The translations under genes were made by a program, and so were the position numbers. A DNA stretch of 64,000 nucleotides. Source: Eledone cirrhosa (lineage: Eukaryota). The stretch's first letter is position 1. Every line of letters begins with the position of its first letter. Shown here one piece after another: positions 55,410 through 64,000 of this stretch. The stretch lies in NCBI GenBank assembly GCA_964016885.1, contig OZ024741.1, positions 89,404,001-89,468,000 of the forward strand, given 5' to 3'. The notes below the pieces were generated by a model. That model ran no database searches. It saw nothing but the letters and a program-made list of their open reading frames with translations, and had not been told where the DNA came from.

Positions 55410-56270
55410 ACTGATTATAGGACTTCCCAAGGAAGGCAATTTCAAAATATACCAGAACCACTGTACTATCAGCAAGATGACTCATGCAAGCAAAGTAATG
55501 ATCAGGAGTCATTCTGAATAGACTGAAATCTCAGGCAGAAACATCATAGCTAAAGAACAACAGGCTTCTGTAAGGGTACTACTAGGCAAACCTTCAATGT
55601 TCACATTCTCTGCGAAAAATGCATTCAACACCAAAAGTAATTACTCCTTTTCTATAAGTTCTGGCATGATTCTCTGTGAGTCACTATAAATAAGCTTAAC
55701 ATTGGGTAAAAATTGACTCATGCCATCCAACAACTTAATGCCAAGGTAACTAATGTAGTACTCGTGCGAGGCACCATGGAAATCCGTTGGGTTGCTTCCA
55801 CCCATCCACTCTGTTCAACATCTTCCTGGAGCGGATCATAGGCAGAGTCAGTACTGGAGGGAGTAACGTTAAAAACCTAAGATTTGCAGATGCCATTGAT
55901 GGCATGACAGGGAAAGAGAATGGATTGGTCGAGCTAATTAACCCTCTTGATAACGCATCCGCGAAGTTTGGAATGAAAATTAGTGTCGCAAAGAGTAAAC
56001 TCACAACAAACGCCAGCGGAGTGTTTGCTCTAGACACCTCAGTACTAGGACAAATACTAGAGACAGTGAAGAACTTTAAATACGTGGAGGAACGGGGGGG
56101 GGGCAATCATTAATTATAAAGGATCAACACTAGAAATCCTTACAAGAACTGCACAGGCCATGACTGAATTAATCAAGTTCAAACCGATATGGAAAGATAA
56201 GAACATCGCCATGAAAAACAAGATTGGACTGCTGCACGCACGTACTGGTGCTCTCCATCTTCCTGTAGAA
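55410..56270 (+). mobile_element. Highly degenerate RTE-like LINE RT fragment
   Basis: STLFNIFLERI, NLRFADAIDG, FGMKISVAKSK, VKNFKY. Confidence 0.75.
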
Positions 56271-56891
56271 ATGAAAGACAGAGACCCTAATTTTAGAGGT
56301 ATAGAGAAAGATATGTAGCGAAAGAAATATTTTCCCATTGTGCTTTTTGTCCTTATGGACAAGACCGCCAAATGAGTGACCTCACAGGGAAAGACAATAG
56401 ATAAATTTCCCCGGTGGAAAGATTTACGGCGCCAATTGTATGAAGGAGAACATTTTCTTGGCCATATCATTTAAGTATCTTGCGGTCATCATAAATACGC
56501 TGTCGTATGGCTCTAGCATCACTCAGTTCACTGCCACTTCGTCAGTGCAATACAGCCTACCTATATAACAGCTTACTACTACCTCTGCTAGCAACATACT
56601 GTCTAACTACAACTTGTTACTTTTTAAGAGACCATCCAATGGCAAATAAAGAGACTCTCGCACAACACAAAAGACTTATTAAACACTATATACATTTGTG
56701 AACGCTATAATCAATGATTGTATTTACAATTCGAATTAGTAGTAATTTTTTAATTTTTTAGGTGAAGTAAAGATATTCATTAAACCAGAATTGTTGGTAT
56801 ATGTCATGTACGTAATTTTTCCACAACAAATATTCTTCGCTTCAGATACTTGTACTAGAAATAAGACCTGCCAATCTCTAAAAACCCAAAC

Positions 56892-57613
56892 TGTGAGTAC
56901 CATGAAAAAAATGCCCCAAAACGAGGAGAAATGGGGCAAAATAAGGAGGTTTTACATAATGAAAGCTCTACCCATTTTCACGAGAGAAGACATCTCTCAC
57001 CCACACCAAAGTGGGTGGGAGATTTCCCCGTCGGACAGGGAGAGTTGATAGGTCTGACTACCGCAACGTTTTAGGCATATCATAGATAGACCATATCACA
57101 ATCGAGCAGTTCCGCAAAACAATCCATCACATTAGCCTCCATGAACAACGATGAAGAAAATTGTAGCGGCCTCTTACGGCTGTGACTCATCACGTATGGG
57201 AGTTGCGTCCCTTTACGACGGTCGTAACTCAGCACGTATAGGAGTTACGTCCCTTTGCGACAGGCGCGATCCCCATTGGCAGATTCATGTACTAAATAGA
57301 GTTGCGTCCCCCTGGGGACTATAAGTTTGAGGGCTGCCAAGGCATAAGCCTCTCTCGTACCCTGAACCTCGAAGGGACAACAAGAACACCTGAGACCTTG
57401 TCAAGAGATGACTCCTGTCTCACTTCCTTCGCCAGCAAGAAGAATACCGGCAGCCTAAAGAAATACTTGAACACCTCCACGAGAAGATTTCTGTTCTTCT
57501 CTACACACTCCAGTCTGGGAGTTGTGACCAACTGAACATCTACATGTGGTAACAAATTATTTATATTAATTTATTTGACTTCTGTGAAGTAAAACCTTGT
57601 CACAACACTCACA
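56892..57613 (+). mobile_element. Putative solo LTR
   Basis: TGTGAGT...ACTCACA termini, three GAGTT(G/A)CGTCCC repeats (57198-57312), TATAAG at ~57320; no TSD found. Confidence 0.45.
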
Positions 57614-58729
57614 TGCATTTATTGTCATTCTTGATAATATATATATATATATACACTGATACTAATCCCCGAAAAAATAAAGCTGGGATCGTATGGCTGT
57701 GTAACAAAATCCAACGACCTTACAAAGACTATCCTACAAAGAACTGGGGAGTTGAAAGAAGGAGAGACTGACAGAGAAAATAACCACAGATAGACAACAT
57801 CTTATGGTGGACACAAGGCGGAGACACGAGATCTGACACGCAATAGGTGGAGAAGATTGTTGAACAACATGTCCCAACAGCACCCCTACGGTTCCATCAA
57901 GAGTTGAGCGCTTAAGATACTAAATTATACATGTATGTGTGTATGTGTGTGAGTGTGAGTACATGTATCTGTTCATGACTGTGTTTGCGTTTACTGTTTG
58001 TTTGTGTCCCGTAACTTAGCTGTTCGACAAAAGGAGATCGATAAAATAAGTAGCAGAATTGGAAAAATATGCACTGGGGTCAATATGCTCGACTAAATTA
58101 GAAACAAATAAAAAAGTAAAAGAACAAATAAATGAGCCTATGTGTGTCAGAATATATGTATGCATATAGATACGCACACACGCGTGTATGTGGTGTATTT
58201 ATACATACGTAAATGTATACATAGGTAGACGCATGATGAAGCGATAGACAACCGGCGCGTTAGGGTACAGTCGCTAGAGAAATGTAAATAAATGATCCTA
58301 ATAGCAGACAACAATGAATAGGAAATTTGCACAAGCCTAAAGGGAGACAACTCTAAATTTTTTTTTTACCAATATCTTTGTCATTCTTTAAAAAAAAATA
58401 TGCATATAAAACGACTTTATTATGAAAATAGCATTTGAACAATAAGAAAAAAGAGGAGGGAGAGCAAATTACCCTTAAGTGCGACAATTGGCCGCACCTC
58501 ACATCTTAGGGGTTAACTAAACACTTTGAGGCAAGCCAACACGCTCGCAGCATTACCACGAGTGATGGCGAGGCTAAGTCGCTGAAATAACCAGGCACCC
58601 TCACCGGCCTCACCTGACACCTCAGTAAGGTGAGCCACCAAACTCCATCAAACGTCTCGAACGCCACAGACTGGAAAAAATAATTATTAGATAAATCCAG
58701 GTATATCTTATATCAGGGGCGTTATAAGC

Positions 58730-59268
58730 GTCGAACAAAATGCTTTGGCACATTTAGTTACGGTTGTTTATATTTTGAGTTCAAATCCTGTCGAAGTCAA
58801 CTTTACCTTTCATCCTTTCGGGGTTGATAAAATAAAGTATCAGTTAAGCACTGGATCGATGTAATAGACTTATCCCATCTCACAAAAATTGCTGGTTTTG
58901 TGTCTGAATTAGAAGCCATTATATTATATCCTACGTGAGGATGAAAGGCCGAGGTTAACTTTGCCTTTCATCCTCACGGGGTCGATGAAATAAAGTACCA
59001 GTAACGCACTGAGTAATTGCTGGCTTTGTGCCTAAAGTAGAAACAATTATATTATATCCTACCAATGGTGGATTGGCAGTGTCGGTAGAGAGTCGGACGC
59101 CATGCTTTGACGCATAGAGTTACAGCCCTTGACATTTTGAGTTCAAATCCCGCCGAGGTTAACTTTGCCTTTCATCCTTACGAGGTCAATAAAATAAAGT
59201 ACCAGTAATACACTGGATAATTGCTGGCCTTGTGCCAAAAGTAGAAACAATTATTTTATATCCTACCA
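58730..59268 (+). mobile_element. Tandem stack of three family-1 SINEs
   Basis: Repeated SINE body; TTAT(A/T)TTATATCCTAC after each copy (~58919, ~59047, ~59251). Confidence 0.8.
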
Positions 59269-61291
59269 TGCCCTTTCAAAAACGATTAATCAATAAACTT
59301 CCGTAGGGTTCCCAAATGAGTGTACCAATTGTTTAATCAACGGAACAGCCTGTTCATGAAATTCCACAGACACATGTATATTTAACGTAATTCTCAGGGA
59401 AATTTAGCGTGACATAGTGTGTGACAAGCTGGTCCTTTGAATTACAGTTACAATCAACTCGACGAGCTTCTAAACAATTTTCGTCTACCCAATTTCTATC
59501 ATGGGGAGGCTACAATGAATTACTTTGTGCAAGGTGTCACGCAGTTGGATCAAACCCAGGACTTAGTGATTGCAAAGCGAACCTCTTAACCATTTAGTCA
59601 TACTACATCCACTCTTATCAAAACACCAATAATCAGGATTGCGAATGCGTTATCCTAGAGGATAGAGAGATAGCTATCCGCAAGAATGAGTCCAGCGACT
59701 GCAACTACTCCTGTGACATTACAGACGGCAATATAGATAGCCTTGGATGTAGTTTTGCTGTAGAGAAGTGAAGATAATTTACGAGAGTGATTTGCAATGT
59801 CGATGCCAATGAGCTACGGCTATCCTTAAAACTAATATATGATAATAACTACATAGATAAGGTTTATTTTCAAGACATTTTATAACTGCCCAGATCTTTG
59901 AGGCAATTGCCACGACCTATGTTTCATAGTCTTTGAGTCTGTGAAACATTTGTAATGGTTATTTTAAACATTTTATTAGCATTTTAAGTCTTCTGACTAT
60001 TGTTTACCTTGTAAGCACAAGTAGTAGTTGACGCAAAATGTAAACTTACTGCACAAAATTAGATTTAGAACAATACAAACATAGGTCAACAGTGCATTAA
60101 GATAATCAGTGATTTACGAGTGATGTAATACTTTGCCTGTCAATACCAATGAGCTTGGGCTTTTCCTAAAATTTCTTTAACCCGTAACTCCTACTGGAGC
60201 TATAAGGGCGCCATGGTAACATATTTTTTTAAAGCCCATCCCCTTTCCAAGTCTAAACGCAGCTGATTTCTTCTAGGAAAGCAGAGTGTGTGATAGAGAA
60301 AAGGAGATATAAAGGAAGAATCGACCCAGTACTGGACAGATATTTTGTTTATCGACTTCGAAAGGATGAAAGACAAAGCTAACCGCAGCAGGATTTGAAC
60401 TCAGAGCGCATACAGCCGCAACGAATACTGCAAAGCATTCTAACGACTCTGCTAAATCGTCGTTTTTCTTAAATAATTATATAGACATATACTACTTTAT
60501 AAAATTCTGCCCGACCAGATCTAATCAAGGTAGACTACTCGCTTTTACATCAGTCATAAAAGAAAAACAAAACAAAAAACACTGAGCACGGGTGGGGTGG
60601 GGGAAAACCCAGCAAATCACAGTCATATTAGAAATATGATAAAACATACTATTAATGCCAGATTAAAAACGATATTGAAAGGACGACTGTTCGGTCAATG
60701 GAAGAAGTTGCTCATGAAATTAGCATACAAGTGGCGTCCATTCCACAGACACATGTACTCATAACGTAATTCTCAGGAAGATTCAGAGTGATACAGTGTG
60801 TGACAAATCTGACCCTTTGAAATACTGGTACACCTAATTTATTTTGGCACTACAACGCTATTAGCTGTCAGTCCAGTGGAAAACAGGCGAAGGTGACGTC
60901 ACTCGTCAACATCGTTTATTTCCGTATTACTACCACGCGTAAGTGGAGTTTTCACGCGTTTTTTTGAGAGAGAGAGAGGGAGGAGGAGAGATAGGGAAGA
61001 TAGAGAGAGAGAGGGAAGACTTAAAAGGGCCAAATTAGAAAACAAGTCATGGTTATAAAGCATATCGATGTAAGTGGAGTTACTTAAATGAAAATATAGG
61101 TGGCCTTTAAAAGGGCAAAATTAGAAAACAAATTTAAGTTAATTAGAAAACAAGTCATGGTTATCATTGTAGAAAACAAGTCATTCATAAATTTAAGTTT
61201 TATAATCAAATTTTTTTCACCAACAAATATGACAGCTAATAGCGTTGTAGTGCCCGCAATTCTGTATCTTTACGTATATTGCGCATAGATA

Positions 61292-61560
61292 CGAGGGTTG
61301 ACAAAGATACTCTCATAGAATATGACCAAATGAGGTTTATTTTTCAACATAGTTTCCCTTGCGTTCCACACACTTCTTCCATCGGTGTTGCAGTACTGAG
61401 ATCAATGTTTTCCTCGGTAGTGGCAGTTGCAGGACGTCCAGACATTGGGTCATCTTCAAGAATCCCCTATCCTTTCCTAAATTCGGCTGCCCACTTTTGC
61501 ACAAAGGAAAATTGTGGTACAATATTGTAAGGTCTGCTTATAGCATTATCCATCTTTCAA
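61292..61560 (-). mobile_element. Internally deleted mariner fragment
   Basis: TA-CGAGGG terminus; EDDPMSGRPATA joined to LQHRWKKCVERKGNYVEK*. Confidence 0.75.
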
Positions 61561-62264
61561 AAATGAAGGTCCACATTTCGTCGACTTCAATACATTTTAT
61601 TACATTTTATTGTATTGTAAACATTAACTTTTATGGAAATTTTATTACAAAATTTCAATTTAGTTCGATTTTTTGGAATTTATTTAACAAACATAGAAAA
61701 ATAAGAAAAAGAATAAAATAAAAAATAATTTGATTGCCTTTAATAAAGAAGATAAACAGAGTGGAACTGATTTCCAGGTCATACTAATGAAACAAGGTTT
61801 TTTCCATTACTGATATTATCTGTCTGCCGCAAGTCCTGGTAGAAGATGCTACACGAACTGCAGGATCGAAGAAACGAGCCCAAGATTTTATAATGGTTAG
61901 TCCAGTACCGTAACCCCTAAGGCATGTGCCTTCACAGAGGAAAGGTAAATCATATTATAACAGATTAGATGGGTACTATGTTAGATATTACTATGTGTCA
62001 TATTATACCAAAGAGAAAGTGTGCTGCATAATAAACATTGATATCAGGTTGATTCAATAACTACCCGGTCCCAAATATGAACCCATGAACTTATGGTCGT
62101 CAGTCAAACAGTTTAACCATTGTATGTATGTATGTATACACGTATGGATGTATGTATGTGTGTATACATGTATGTATGGATGGATGTATGTATGTATGGA
62201 TGTATGTATGTATGGATGTATGCATGTATGTATACATGTATATATGTAAGTATTTATGCGTGTA

Positions 62265-62417
62265 TGAGAACAACTGGAAGGACTTCAGGAGCTCGGTCTA
62301 TGAGGCTTCAGCAGAGGTCCTTGGCTTTGTCACAAGAAAACAATGACTGGTTTGATGAGAATGACCAGGAGGTCAAGGCTCTGCTAGACAGAAAACAAAA
62401 GGCACTTGATGCAGTTC
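62265..62417 (+). mobile_element. RTE LINE fragment, related to 42575-42730
   Basis: ENNWKDFRSSVYEASAEVLGF...DWFDENDQEVKALL. Confidence 0.7.
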
Positions 62418-63119
62418 TGACTGCTAATAGCGTTGTAGTGCCTTTATTTTTCTAGCTGAGTGAACTGGAGCACCGTGAAATAAAATGTCTTGCTCCGCCA
62501 GGTTTATATACCGAAGACACGCCGTACATCACTATGGCGTCCCTAAGAGCATGGCATGGCAGTCCATCTAGCCGACATTACCTAAGTACCTAGTAGAATG
62601 TTGTTCTCTGTCAGTGGTTCTTATGTGCTGCCCCACCCCACCCTAAGGACTGGTACAAGGAAATATTTCTATTTCTTTCTTCCGCACAATTTGTGCATCC
62701 TAATGAAGACAGTATTCATACTCAGTCCATCCTATCTATTTGGAAGATAACTAAAAAGACATTGAAAGAAATAGTGGAACTAACGAACTTTGTTGGGTTT
62801 TTTTCAATCGTATATGAAGAGAGAATGAATGCTGTAACAAGCATCTACATTATTACACATGGTGACAGAAAGAAATATTTCCTCGTAAGTGTTCTTGAAG
62901 AGGAAAAGAGCACATTAGAACCGCTGATACAGATCAACATTATATCTATTAAAACGATAGTAATCGGCCCGTTATCACCGGGGAAACCCCCAATGTAACC
63001 ATCATTTCTTTTAAGACAGTAGAGTATGATTTACATGAGATTTGCTGTTATTTCTAGCAGACCGAGTGACCACATAGAGACTCCCTCGTTAGCTTGAATT
63101 TTGCTTAATGTACCGACTT

Positions 63120-63505
63120 GCACTTGATAGGTTTGATGCCGAGTACTGCATGGCTGGAATGAAAATGAGTGCTGTGAAAACTGAGACGCTCGTCCTCTCA
63201 GGGAAGCCTGCACAGTGTACTCTACATGTAAACGGAGTTCCACTGAAGCAGGTAGAGAAGTTCAAGTATCTCGGGGCCGTGTTCACGAGTGATGGAAGGC
63301 AGGAGGCTGAATTAAGTTCAAGAATTGTTGGGGCTGGTGCCGAAATGTTTTTTTCTTTCTGAAAAGTCTTTGGACATACGTTATTCGATAGAGTGCATAG
63401 CTCGGAGATCAGAGAGTCACTCAAGGTAGAGCCGCTACTTCTCCGAATTGAGAGATCACAGCTCCAATACTGTGGACATGTGGTTGGAATGTCACAGGAT
63501 GGCTC
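63120..63505 (+). mobile_element. LINE RT C-terminal fragment
   Basis: AGMKMSAVKTETLV...VEKFKYLGAVF; RIERSQLQYCGHV. Confidence 0.7.
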
Positions 63506-64000
63506 GGGTTTTATTTGTCTTTCATCTTTTCGGAGTCTATAAATAAAGTACCAACCATGTGCTGATTCAACCTTCTCTCCTTCTTGCTCTCACATCCTAG
63601 ATGTTCCGCTGGATCAAAGGGTGGGGAGGTTCGAGATGGTGTCTCTATCTGCTCATGACTGCATAGGGACTTAAAACCTTTAGTGAAAGCATGGTACATA
63701 CTACCAAGTCGCGCTCGATTGCAAATGACGGTCGTAGTCAGGAGAGAAAGGCAGTACACATGAGCCTTTACAAGGACTCCAACGCTGGTGGGAAGAAAAG
63801 AGGAATGTATTCTTACATTAAGGAACCTAGCCCGAATATTTTCAACTAAGTGGACTTCGCTAAAAATACCTCGGGTCCAGGTGGAAATGATGGTGATGAT
63901 CGTGTTAAGCCTAGCGACGGATTAAGTCTACCACCCATGTAGGTCACAGCGTTATCTGAGCTTAGAACACAAAGAGGCAGAACAAATTTCACAAGGCCGA

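Larger units (their letters stand above)
60846..62442. mobile_element. Non-autonomous Merlin-like DNA transposon with three TIRs and captured cargo
   Basis: TIR GGCACTACAACGCTATTAGCTGTCA at 60846, inverted at 61230-61254 and 62418-62442; 8-bp TSD TTTATTTT at 60838-60845 and 62443-62450. Confidence 0.8.

Overview
AT-rich eukaryotic genomic DNA, dense in microsatellites, SINEs and LINEs. The repeat content suggests a coleoid cephalopod such as Octopus (inference). The first 13.7 kb is a 32-bp tandem satellite with no net indel and an internal ~4-kb duplication. The rest is nested mobile elements: three Penelope-like elements (one near-intact with a single in-frame TGA, one split by a Chapaev3-type transposon), several hammerhead-ribozyme motifs, three mariners, a deleted Gypsy element, RTE- and RLE-type LINE remnants, a microsatellite-associated retroposon in five copies, MITEs, a 1.6-kb three-TIR element carrying captured DNA, and a dispersed 5.8S rRNA copy. 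One host gene is recognisable, a TMEM229B-like gene (terminal coding exon 51225-51722, probable ATG exon 44121-44172). Most ORFs in the supplied track are microsatellite or antisense artefacts. All alignments and folds were done by eye, so boundaries of degenerate elements are approximate.
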